The position numbers and the translations under genes are program-made. From Octopus sinensis (taxonomy: Eukaryota), in the NCBI RefSeq assembly GCF_006345805.1, contig NW_021836200.1, forward strand, positions 1 through 25,323: DNA of 25,323 bases, in the 5' to 3' direction. The notes beneath the pieces are model-generated. The model saw nothing but the letters and a program-made list of their open reading frames with translations. It was not told the DNA's origin and ran no database searches. This document shows positions 1-9,910 of this stretch, in pieces. Position 1 is the first letter of the stretch; the number at the start of each line of letters is the position of its first letter.

Positions 1-167
1 ACTCCCAATGGCCTATCGTGTAGAAAATGTAGTCAATAGATTAATAGTCAATAGACTATTATTCATATAAATACAGTGTACATGTAAACACATAAGAGGT
101 ATCCGTCATAGGATTCCTGGCACGCCAGAAGGAATAGCCAAAATCCAAACCACTGTAAAGGATAAAA

Positions 168-922
168 ACATACATACATACATACATAGATACATACATA
201 CATAGATACATACATACATACATACATACATACATACATACATACATTACAACATACATACATACATACATACATACACACATACATACACACATGCATA
301 CACACATACATGCATACATGCATACATACATACATGCATACATACATACATACATACATACATACATACAAACAAACATGCAAACATACAAACATACATA
401 CATAATACAACATACAAACATACATACATACACACATACATACACACATGCATACACACATACATGCATACATGACATACATACATACATGCATACATAC
501 ATACATACATACATACAACATCACAAAACAGAACAGCAAACATACAAACATACATACATTACATACAAACATACAAACATAACATACATACACAATAACA
601 TTACACACATGCATACACACATACATACACACATACATGCATACATACATACATGCATACATACATACATACATACATACATACATACATACATACAAAC
701 ATACATACATACATACATACTTACATACAAACATACAAACATACATACATACATACATACATACATACATGCATGCATGCATACATGCATGCATACATAC
801 ATACATACATACATACATACATGCATGCATGCATACATACATACATACATACATGCATACACACACACATACATAAATACATACATACATACATGCATAT
901 ATACATACATGCATACATACAT
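168..922. repeat. Degenerate (CATA)n/(CATG) tetranucleotide microsatellite, ~750 bp
   Basis: Read directly; it generates the MYVC/HTYI pseudo-ORFs. Confidence 0.97.
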
Positions 923-1342
923 AGAAGTACAATAATCTATGCCATTGCGACGAGGAACTCTTTGGCGTCTCACCGTATATATTGTCTTACAGCGTAACAT
1001 TAGACTTGACTCATGTCTTGTTTCGTTAGTGATTTGGTCAGTTCCGTATAACGCAACCGACTCTCCGATTTCAAAACATTATGATGCGTAACCATTCTAT
1101 CCTAGATACATTAGTTACATTGTCCCTTGGGTACTTCCAGTATATTCACGTCTTTTCCCCACCCCACCCGCCTCCCCACTCTCTGATAAGACCTGCAGAG
1201 GATTTTTAAAAATCAATGAAGCCGGTAACAAAAACTTTATCGCAAACACATCATGTATTTTGCAGCAAAAACATATCAGACGTCTGCAAACATACATATC
1301 TTTTCTGTTAGATCCATGAGTTTTGAAATAATTTGCGGATTA

Positions 1343-1504
1343 GTAGATTACAGCGATCCCACTGCTTAACCGTTACTTATTTTATCGACCCTCGAGAGGA
1401 TTAAAATCAAAGTCGACCTCGGCGGAATTTGAACTCAGAACACAGAGGCATATGAAATGTCGCCAAGCATTTTGTCCGGCGTGCCAACGGTTCCGTCAGT
1501 TCGA
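1343..1504 (-). mobile_element. tRNA-derived SINE, family A (my label), diverged copy
   Basis: Reverse complement gives TTCTGAGTTCAAATTCCGCCGAGGTCGACTTTG, shared with copies at 12070-12364 and 25211-25323; B-box-like GAGTTCAAATTCC. Confidence 0.85.
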
Positions 1505-1689
1505 TACTTTACTATTTTATATAATATCGTTCGCAATGATGAACAATTCACGAATGGGTCTTAGAAGAAAGGAATGGTATAAACTAACTTCGCTCACTCA
1601 TGGACACAGATATTGCAAAAGAAAAAAAATGTGAAAGTATGAAAGCCAATGGTGTAACAAATACAGTTTTCTAAGCAGTCTAAAATCTC

Positions 1690-1960
1690 TTTTGTGATTG
1701 GCGAATCTCCTGCAACAATGGCAAGAAGCTGTTCTAGATGTCTCCTTTGGTAAATCTTCCCAAGCTCCATCATTCAAGTTAGTCTTAGAACATTGCAGAT
1801 TTACTGTAAATGCAGATTGTAAACGACGGGCTTCTAAGATCCTTCCAAAATGGTGGGGGTTTCTTAATATAGCACCAAAATGAGAATGTGATATCAGTTG
1901 TAACATCAGCTGCACAATTCTTCCTCGTTGATTTCCCAAACATAAGTCTTTGGCCCTGGA
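1690..1960 (-). pseudogene. Possible decayed Tc1/mariner (DD37D/maT-like) transposase C-terminus
   Basis: NPHHFGRILEAR...GAWEDLPKETSRTASC resembles the NPLDYxxWGILEAR...xWExLPxETxRxAC segment after the last catalytic Asp; matched by eye only. Confidence 0.35.
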
Positions 1961-2189
1961 ATAAGCGATGTTTTAATTGAAATTGAAGATTTCAATTATT
2001 TTCGGATATTTCGTAATGCCTTGTATTCCTTATAAATCTCTAAAGAACCAAAGTCAAGTGCTAACGATTAGTCTTTTATTTTTGGTGTAATACGCATTGC
2101 TTTATCGTAACTAAAATGTAATGAAAATATCGCTATCATATAAGACAATTTAGGAGCGTTTAAGATGAGTGAATTGTGATTATTGAGAC

Positions 2190-2596
2190 AGCACGGAAAG
2201 GGGAAAATTCGGAGTGTCGGGAACTGATGGACAGAAAGAGCTCTTCTAGGATACGCACAAAGCCTCGCTGAAGACTCTTGAAATCAACCCCGACACCGGA
2301 GAAACGCAAGCGCAAGACCGTTCTGCTCGGCGAAGCTGCACCAACAGAGGTGTCACTTCTTACGATTGGATTGCAGAACCACAAAGAAAATGCTAAATGC
2401 GCAAGTCCAGAGCTAACACCTTGCCTTCAGTCTCAGCAGAACACCAGTGTCCTATCTGCAGCAGAGCCTTCCGAGCACGCGTCGTATTAACCGGCCACAT
2501 CCGCACACACCTTGCCCCGTCTTCTTCTCCCGTGGTCATCGTGATGTCCGTGGTCACCGTAATGTAAGTGGTCATCGTTGACAACTATGGACGATG
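2190..2596 (+). mobile_element. RTE-clade LINE 3' end (decayed ORF C-terminus with C2H2-like zinc finger plus short 3' UTR)
   Basis: A frame not in the ORF track reads KASLKTLEINPDTGETQAQDRSARRSCTNRGVTSY...RKC*MRKSRANTLPSVSAEHQCPICSRAFRARVVLTGHIRTH, the typical RTE C-terminus; ends in hairpin CATCGT...ACGATG. Confidence 0.88.
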
Positions 2597-2835
2597 GGTT
2601 CAATACCATCTAATCTAAAAAAAATCTGAAAACTTTAGAAATACCCTACAATCTAAGTGTATTGCAAAAGTCGGCATTACTTGGAACTGCACGCATATTG
2701 CATAAAGTACTGTCTGTCTCAGATCCTTGCTGTGACTTGACAGACAGTACAAAACCCCGGTAGACACAATATCTTCAATCAACAACGTCATGATATTGTA
2801 TACTGTACGACGTCTACTATAATATTAATAATAAT
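2597..2835 (+). mobile_element. R4/Dong-type RLE non-LTR retrotransposon, extreme 3' fragment
   Basis: GSIPSNLKK/(frameshift in A-run)NLKTLEIPYNLSVLQKSALLGTARILHKVLSV parallels VQKIVLMGTAHILRKILSM of the element at 3274; ends in a short AAT repeat. Confidence 0.8.
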
Positions 2836-3153
2836 CGGAGTCGGAGACCTCCTTCGGTCCTGACTGACAATGGGATTGCACCTAGAAAGTTACCCTCCCA
2901 GGCACAAGTCCGGGCAAGGTTGTTTATGGAAGGCCAGCAGTCGCCCATGCATACCAGCCTCCCCTCTCCACGCCACCAATGTTATCCAAGGGAAAGGCAA
3001 AGGGGCCGATACAACTTGGCATCAGTGACGTCGCAACTCATTTCTACAGCTGAGGGAACTGGAGCAATGTGAAATAAAGTGTCTTGCTCAAGAACGCAAC
3101 ACGCAGCCCGGTCATAAAATGGACGCTCTAACCAATGAGCCATGCGCCTTCAC
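2836..3153 (-). mobile_element. tRNA-derived SINE, family C-like (my label), B-box region deleted
   Basis: Minus-strand head GGCGCATGGCTCATTGGTTAGAGCG (A box); central TTCTTGAGCAAGACACTTTATTTCACATTGCTCCAG...CTCAGCTG shared with 18815-19138. Confidence 0.85.
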
Positions 3154-3169
3154 AATAAAGATGATGATG

Positions 3170-3242
<73 letters not shown>

Positions 3243-3247
3243 TGATG

Positions 3248-3276
<29 letters not shown>
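3154..3276. repeat. (AAT)n/(GAT)n microsatellite
   Basis: Read directly. Confidence 0.97.
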
Positions 3277-3278
<2 letters not shown>

Positions 3279-3872
3279 CCACATCTCACTCCTCTGGAAC
3301 TTCACCATTCAAACTGACAGGAAGATAGATGCAAATAGGCCAGACATCATATTGAAAGACTTCAAACAAAGAGCATGCCTCCTCATTGATATGACTGTCC
3401 CAATCGATATAAACGTATCTGTCAGGACCTACCAAAAACTGAGCAAATATAAAGATCTTGAAATAGAAATCAGCAAAATGTGGAAGCTGAAGACTAAAAC
3501 AATACCTGTTGTCATAGGTGCCCTGGGAATGATAGCAAAAGGGGCTGATAGCTACCTAACTCAGATACCAGGAAACCCAAAAATGGCAGAAGTTCAAAAG
3601 ATAGTGCTCATGGGAACTGCTCATATCCTACGCAAAATACTCTCTATGTAATCTCAAGGTTTAAAACAACCATAATTTTCGGTTTTTAAAAAAAAAAAAA
3701 AAAAAAAAAACTTTTTTTTTTTAGACATTCATTAGTACAACATCCCCACCCCCCAAATATATGGCACACTAGGCATAACAACAACATGAACTTCCAACCC
3801 TGTTGTCTCTTGAGGTCTCTGGGTGAGACTTGGAGCCAACTTGTACAAATATAAAGCAAAAGTCAAACATAG
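3274..3872 (+). mobile_element. 5'-truncated R4/Dong-type non-LTR retrotransposon: open RLE (PD-(D/E)xK) endonuclease domain 3277-3651 plus 3' UTR
   Basis: LLWNFTIQTDRKIDANRPDIILKD...LLIDMTVP...KLSKYKDL...IPVVIGALG...GTAHILRK carries the RPD...D...K..KY motif of RLE elements; flanked on both sides by (AAT)n. Confidence 0.93.
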
Positions 3873-3957
<85 letters not shown>

Positions 3958-3985
3958 TAATGATAATGGTAATAATAATAATAAT
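3873..3985. repeat. (AAT)n microsatellite (tail or target of the Dong-type element)
   Basis: Read directly. Confidence 0.97.
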
Positions 3986-4814
3986 TCGATTGTCTGATTT
4001 GACCTTTGAACTTCAGGAACAAAATTGAAAACATTGTAAAGTACATGTAGAAACTAAATAAGCTGATATATTTATCGAACTTAAATAGTGAAGCCAGGAA
4101 AATATTGTGCTCAAGTGTAGAAGTAACAAGGATCCGGATAATGCTTGATACTGTAATCGCATTGGGATAAGGGTAAAGTGCCCACAATACACCGACAGCA
4201 ATTTTTGAGAAGTTTCACCATTAAAATATCCAGGCTTCTTGTATTTCCGATTGGTTCCAACGATAAGTGTACGTTAATTAACCGAGTGAAATCTAAGGGA
4301 TATTAACAATATTGCAGAAGTGACGGTTTTTCCCTTTGGGTGTGATATAGAATATGACAGAAGTTTTTCGCTCAACTGGTCAGTTTTGCAGCAGAGCCTC
4401 AGGAAATTTTAAGAAATTTAAAGGAAAGATCATTTCTTCATATTTTCAACAGTTGCTAAAAGCTCTTTGTGCAAATCTGGTGTCGTCAACAGGATGTAAA
4501 AGACGCTCGAATGGCACGAATTAATATATGTCTTCAGAACGAAAACCACTTCAACCGCATCATTTTTCGACTGTTCTCTATTATTAAGATGCTGGGGGCC
4601 GCTTCTGTCGGAACTAAAGCCAGAGGATTATGTGAGGAGAGAGAGCAAAAGACGTGCCGAAGAAGGGGAATGCGGAAGGAAAGAGGATTAAGCACCGTTA
4701 TGGAATATTCTGGAAGGAAAAGGATGGAGAAGATTTCTTTACGCTGCAATAAATATTTAATAAGTGTAGAGAAATATTATGAACTCAAAATGTATTTATA
4801 AACTGGCTCTTAAT

Positions 4815-4919
4815 GGTGTGTGTGTGTGGGGGGTGTATGTGTGTATGTGTATGTGTATGTGGTGTGTGTGTATGTGTGTATGTGTGTGTGTGTGTGGATG
4901 TGTGTGTATGTGTGTATGT

Positions 4920-4953
<34 letters not shown>

Positions 4954-5213
4954 TCTCTTTTGTCTTTTTAATTATCTAGATTCTTCTTCTGAAGAGAGAG
5001 AACTGGTTTCTAAAAAAGATATATTTATATATATATATATTATATATATATATATATATATTATATACACATATATGTATGTATGTATGCGTATATATAA
5101 ACATAATATGCATATATATATATATATATATGCATTTATGTATATATGTATGTATATATGCATGTATATATATATATACACACATATATATGTATATATA
5201 CATATATATATAT
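4815..5213. repeat. (TG)n/(TGTA)n and (TA)n microsatellite tracts
   Basis: Read directly; interrupted by a short unique spacer at ~4953-5017. Confidence 0.95.
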
Positions 5214-5274
5214 TTTTTTTTCTCTTTCCCTGTTGCCCGCTCTGGGATCTTTCTTTCCTCTCTCTTCCTTCTTT

Positions 5275-5312
5275 ATGTTTCCGACGAAGAGCTCCGCTCG
5301 AAACGTCATACC
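5275..5312 (+). ncRNA. Degenerate minimal type I hammerhead motif (PLE-type) within a ~180-bp repeat fragment (5220-5400)
   Basis: CCGACGA-A-GAGC-TCC-GCTC-GAAA-CG-TC: stem II GAGC/GCTC and palindromic ACGT stem III; the core has U4->C and stem I is weak. Confidence 0.55.
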
Positions 5313-5610
5313 TCCCTGCTTCCATTTCCTGAGCGCCTATTAATAATAATACTGTAATTGTTCCATTGTTGTTGTTTTTTTGTTTCCCGTTTGGATTAAA
5401 ATTATATGTATATATATACATATAAAAGTAAATAAATGGCACAACGAAGCAACGATGTTTACTGGAAAATAGCGAACGTAATAAATACGACGCTAATGTA
5501 TAGCTTCACTGCGTATTTACTAGTAAAGATGCGTGTGTGCAACAAACATGAAAAAAATTGTCTTACCTCTAGGAAGAACATCTGAAAAATGAAAAACCTA
5601 GAAACGGATA

Positions 5611-5682
5611 ATGCAGTACCGGTTTCAGATTCTTCAAAATACGTTTGCCAACATATATTTGATTTATCTTCATCAGCTGAAT
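5611..5682 (-). ncRNA. Type I hammerhead ribozyme, copy 1 (one stem I mismatch)
   Basis: AUUCAG-CUGAUGA-AGAU...AUCU-GAAA-CCGG-UA/CUGCAU; predicted cut between 5617 and 5616. Confidence 0.78.
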
Positions 5683-6039
5683 ATACCTCGACAATATTTC
5701 AAATGTTGCCACATCTATGCCAGTACACTCGTCTGAACGCCAAAACGTTAACAGAACGAGAACAGTGAAGAAGTTTCAATGAAAATAGTAATGCAATACG
5801 AGAGTATTTCTTTCCAGTAAAGGATAGCCCGTGAGGGTAAAATCATACATATAAAAGTAAATAAATGGCACAACGAAGCACCGATATTTACTGGAAAATA
5901 GAGAACGTAATAAATACGACGCTAATGTAGAGCTTCACTGCGTATTTACTAGTAAAGATGCGTGTGTGCAACAAACATGAAAAAAATTGTCTTACCTCTA
6001 GGAAGAACATCTGAAAAATGAAAAACCTAGAAACGGATA

Positions 6040-6111
6040 ATGCAGTACCGGTTTCAGATTCTTCAAAATACGTTTGCCAACATATATTTGATTTATCTTC
6101 ATCAGCTGCAT
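6040..6111 (-). ncRNA. Type I hammerhead ribozyme, copy 2 (intact)
   Basis: Stem I AUGCAG/CUGCAU; core CUGAUGA; stem II AGAU/AUCU extended by UCAAA(U)AUAUGUU-GGCA-AACGUAUUUUGA; GAAA; palindromic ACCGGU stem III; GUA triplet, cut between 6046 and 6045. Confidence 0.87.
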
Positions 6112-6157
6112 ATACCTCTACAATATTTCAAATGTTGCCACATCTATGCCAGTGCAT

Positions 6158-6427
6158 ATATGGGTACAGGACGTCACCAACAGTAAACAACATGAAATAC
6201 GAAGACAAATGAGTTCAATACGCAAATGGAAAACAGGACAAATAAGACAAAGAACGACCCCGAAAGAAAAGAAAGATGATCCCGTGAGAAAGAGAAAGAT
6301 GGATGATGGTCACGTGTGAGCAACGAGGGAGAGAAACGGAGGAAGATGGTGTGACGGAGAACAATAAAGGGGGTAAAAAGGGAATTAGGGAAAGGATGAG
6401 AGAAAAAATATATGTGAGAAGTAAGGA

Positions 6428-6428
<1 letters not shown>
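6158..6428 (-). mobile_element. Non-coding repeat related to 9910-10260, internally deleted
   Basis: GTACAGGACGTCACCAACAGTAAACAACATGAAATACGA...AAGAACGACCC aligns with GTACAGGGCGTAAAAAACAACGTGAACAAAATGAAAAACGA...AAGAACAATCCC. Confidence 0.6.
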
Positions 6429-6462
<34 letters not shown>

Positions 6463-6560
6463 CCGGAGTAAACACATAAATGTGAAACAAGGTGGAAAAA
6501 AGAGTAATCAAATACCAGTGGTAGAGTAATATGCTTTATTTTAAGCAGCAGAAAATTCAA

Positions 6561-6609
6561 CAAAATCTGTTACCTGAGTTTCTCGTTGCCGTTCATCAGA
6601 CAGTTTTTG
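6561..6609 (-). ncRNA. Minimal type I hammerhead ribozyme motif of the PLE
   Basis: CAAAAACUGU-CUGAUGA-ACG-GCAA-CGA-GAAA-CUCAGG-UA/ACAGAUUUUG; stem I pairs 9 of 10; the stem II closing pair is an A-A mismatch. Confidence 0.75.
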
Positions 6610-7598
6610 CTAGAATGGAACTATATATTAATTCAATCTATACTCTTACAACGCTACACCTTTAAAAAGAAATGGACTTGTTAGATTGGCCCTTTAGAAA
6701 AAACGGTCAATCTTCGAGCGATAAACAAAAAGGTCAAAAATATATGTATATATATATAAAAAAACTTATAAAATTATAAAATCCGAGGAAAAAACCGAGG
6801 AAAAAACCTATTGCCGTTAATGAAGACAGTACAAATTAATGCATAGAAATTAAACCTGTTATAAATACTGCAATACATATTATATTAAAATCTACATATA
6901 TATATCAACATACACAAAAGGATGCGCGTAAACGCCATACATACATATACAGACGTATGAATATGAATCTAAATATACACATAAAAGCATGTGTACATAT
7001 ATTCACGCAAACCGTCTCGCACGCAAGCTAAAATTCATCTATGTAGCAATTCTCATATACTGAGCAAGGAGGGGGAACGAAAGAAAGGGAAAGAGAGAAA
7101 AGGAACGAAGGAGGGGTGGAGAAAAAATTGTAACGATGTTATTGGCATCTATAGAGCCAGTATACATACACAAGTTTGAATTGATACATATACATACCGT
7201 CGTGTATATGTGTGCTTAAGCACAAGATACTTTCACTTACACATACACAGATACGCATGCTTACAAATACATATGCTTTGCTATACACATACTTATATAA
7301 ACATTCTAATTTTGACAACATTGCTTTTTTTAAAAAAAACATTGCTTTTAAAAAATGGGTGCATTAATAAAAATATATACGAAAGACATATAAAAAAATA
7401 TAACATCCTATTTTGGGTCATTTATAAATAATCAAGGTAATATAAATAATCAAGGTAATCCTATGCAATACAATAACAGAAAACAAAGTTTGTAGGTTTT
7501 TCCTAATATATATGTAGAAACATAAGACTTTGCTAAAATCCGTCGTAGCGCTCAAGAGTCAAAATCAAAATCAAAATCAAAAATACAAAATATATACT

Positions 7599-8033
7599 CT
7601 ATCCATATGGTATATTTATATTCGACATTTTAAATTTAGCCGCGTGCCTACATAAGTTCATTAACTCACTTCTTTGATTCAAAGAATTATTGTCTTTGAA
7701 TAAGATGTGCATTTTCTCTAATAGGCAAAGTCTGCACTTGAAATTATATTTGTAAGCTCCATGCCTGTATGGTGCCGCCCTGTCCAGAATGCTCCATGTC
7801 ACGTTGAAAGGTGGGGCTTCCTTTTCTTTTAGTTCCCAGACGTATTTTGCTAGGCTGGTTTTCTTCCTATTCTCTGGGAATTTAAAAGAATTCTTATGAG
7901 AATAAAATCTTGTTTTAAATGAATTTTCTGAAGCCCCTGTGTATGTCTTGTATTCCGATGAGCCTTCCACTTGCACCTTGGCTCTATAAACTACTCCTTT
8001 CACTAGACATTTCCCTTCTAACGGACAGGAGCT
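7599..8033 (-). pseudogene. Penelope/Poseidon-type GIY-YIG endonuclease domain (RT missing)
   Basis: SSCPLEGKCLVKGVVYRAKV...YTGASENSFKTRFYSHKNSF...TSLAKYVWELK...WSIL...CRLCLLEK...LNQRSELMNLCRH; open frame with no genuine start, cut off by (TA)n. Confidence 0.93.
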
Positions 8034-8035
8034 TT

Positions 8036-8170
8036 ACATACATATATATATATATATATATATGTATTATGTATGTATGTATGTATGTATGTTTGTATGT
8101 ATGTATGTATGTTTGTATGTATGTATACGACGGGGTTCTGTCGGTTTATGTCTCCCAAATCCAGTTGTGC
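8036..8170 (-). repeat. (TA)n/(TATG)n tract plus a short family B SINE fragment (8126-8170)
   Basis: ACGACGGGGTTCTGTCGGTTTATGTCTCCCAAATCCA resembles ACGACGGGCTTCTTTCTGTTTCCCTTCTACCAAATTCA at 22559. Confidence 0.7.
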
Positions 8171-8239
8171 ATGGATATGAACAGAAGTATATAATCAATC
8201 ATTAAAAAGAGATGCAAAGTAGTGTAACAAACACAATAT

Positions 8240-8470
8240 ATTCTGGAAATTAGAAGATGGTCAAGTTACCCCGTTAACCACAAAAGCACATTCGTGGCCC
8301 TGATCTGAGTACGTAGAATTGGTAGATTTGTCTAGCGAACGTTTTAAAAAAAGATGGGTGAATGTAGCAAGGATGGCACGTATGAATGACGAAGCCACCT
8401 TGAGCATAATCCTATGAACCCAGAAATTGAAAACAGAGGGTTACCCACTTGCAAACAAATGTGGTAACAT
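8240..8470 (+). pseudogene. Possible very old RTE-like ORF remnant
   Basis: ERFKKRWVNVARMARMNDEATLSIIL*T loosely resembles the RTE RRLRWxGHVARMxDxRxxKxILxW motif. Confidence 0.25.
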
Positions 8471-9399
8471 ATAACAATATTGACCAAGGTTACCGTGGTC
8501 TTTTTCGTAGGCTTTTCTTCCCACGGATAAACCTTACTTGCTTTCCCCTTTACACCATACATCATGACACTGTGATACACGATCCCTATTGATCGTTTTT
8601 TTTCCTCTTCCCCTTTTTTCTTCTTTTTTCATTTTTCTTTTCTTTTGTTTCTTTTCCCTTTTTTCTGTTTTCTTTTCCTTTTTTTTTGTTCTTTTCTTCC
8701 CTTTTACGATCCCTTTTGATCGCCACCTTTTTTTTTCTCCCCCCAAAGAAAAGCTCTACCTTGTAACTTGTGCCATCTGTGTGCAGCCCTGTGTGGCCAA
8801 TAAAGAAACTTAATATGTCGAATTGAAAATTAAGTGTCAAATTCTGACAACGGGCGATAAATGATTTATGAATTTCTGCTTTTACTTCTCTTTACACTTT
8901 ATTTATCTTACTTATCTCATTGACTGACAAATTATTTATAACGTCATTACATACTTCCTTGATTTGTTCCCATATTTCAGTTTCCTAGATAGTGCTACGT
9001 AACTTATTTATTGTCCAACATGAATCACCACCCTCGCTTTACTACCACTGCTGCCAATCTACAGCTAGTCTTCGCCACCCCTGTGTGACCTCTACGGTAC
9101 CAGTAATACCCAAGCATTTGAGTAACCGCTGCTACTAGCACAAGCACTGGACTATCAAAAATGGCAGGATCTGTGTTAATATTTTGAACTGTATTCTTCA
9201 GATCGGCATTTGCGTCCGAAATATAAAGTTTCTTTTTCAACTCTCTTCATTGTTAGAAGATTTCCTTATTTTTCATTTCATTCATTTTCTACTCCTCAAC
9301 TACAATGCTTCAAGGGAACTACAACACTCTTAAAATAATCTAGTTTTGTATTTCTTTTATTTTCTTATATTTGCTGAAGAACGTGGAGAACTGGAGTGT

Positions 9400-9548
9400 C
9401 TTTTCATTCTGATTTCAAATCTCGCCAAGGTTAACTTTGCCTTTTTTCCGTGGTACCAAAGGTAAAGTACCGACCAAGTAGTACAGTCAGTGATATCTTT
9501 TAACCACCTCCCTTCAAAACAGTTGGCCTTCTGCTTTAACCAGAAACC
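9400..9548 (+). mobile_element. Old family A-like SINE copy
   Basis: TTCTGATTTCAAATCTCGCCAAGGTTAACTTTGCCTTT matches the family A core. Confidence 0.65.
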
Positions 9549-9569
9549 ATTTAGAGAAAGGCCACAGTT

Positions 9570-9683
9570 TATATAGAGTTGGAATTTACAGAAAAGCAAA
9601 AGGCAAAGACAGGCGTAAAAACCTCAAGCAGGTGTATTAGTTTGACGCTCGGCAAGGTGAGAAAGTATTTTACGTTTCGAGCC

Positions 9684-9685
<2 letters not shown>
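9570..9685 (-). mobile_element. PLE-type terminal repeat fragment with the 3' half of an HHR (same family as 23555-23716)
   Basis: Minus strand TAGGCTCGAAACGTAAAATACTTTCTCACCTTGCCGAGCGTCAAACTAATACACCTG is nearly identical to 23601-23660. Confidence 0.8.

Positions 9686-9909
<224 letters not shown>

Positions 9910-9910
<1 letters not shown>

Larger units (their letters stand above)
5416..6153 (-). mobile_element. Retrozyme-like / PLE-pLTR-like partial tandem: two 309-bp direct repeats (5416-5724, 5845-6153), period 429 bp
   Basis: About 6 substitutions between copies by eye; each copy holds a type I HHR; flanked by TA-rich sequence. Confidence 0.85.
6461..8035 (-). mobile_element. 5'-truncated Penelope-like element (GIY-YIG domain, 3' region, HHR, polyA signal) between (TA)n tracts
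   Basis: GIY-YIG ORF, a downstream same-strand HHR at 6561-6609 and AATAAA at 6535-6540 (-); continuity of the intervening AT-rich part is inferred. Confidence 0.75.

Noticed and set aside
59-1000. Long MYVC/HTYI ORFs (up to 289 aa)
   Set aside because: Translations of a stop-free (CATA)n microsatellite.
2268-2284. CTGAAGA-CTCTT-GAAA hammerhead-like string
   Set aside because: No stem II or stem I pairing; lies in RTE coding sequence.
3142-3276. Poly-Asn N-terminus of the 169-aa ORF
   Set aside because: Chance read-through from a SINE head and (AAT)n into the truncated RLE domain.
4030-4801. Unique segment including a 110-aa ORF
   Set aside because: No recognisable motif or splice pattern.
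5416-6153. CRISPR array or LTR retrotransposon reading of the direct repeats
   Set aside because: Only two long repeats, no TG...CA ends, PBS or PPT seen, and the context is eukaryotic.
8534-8840. Lys/Arg-rich ORFs
   Set aside because: Product of a low-complexity pyrimidine tract.
8981-8998. Possible 18-nt plus-strand microexon (TTTCAG|...|GTAACT)
   Set aside because: Weak donor; such matches are expected by chance in AT-rich DNA.
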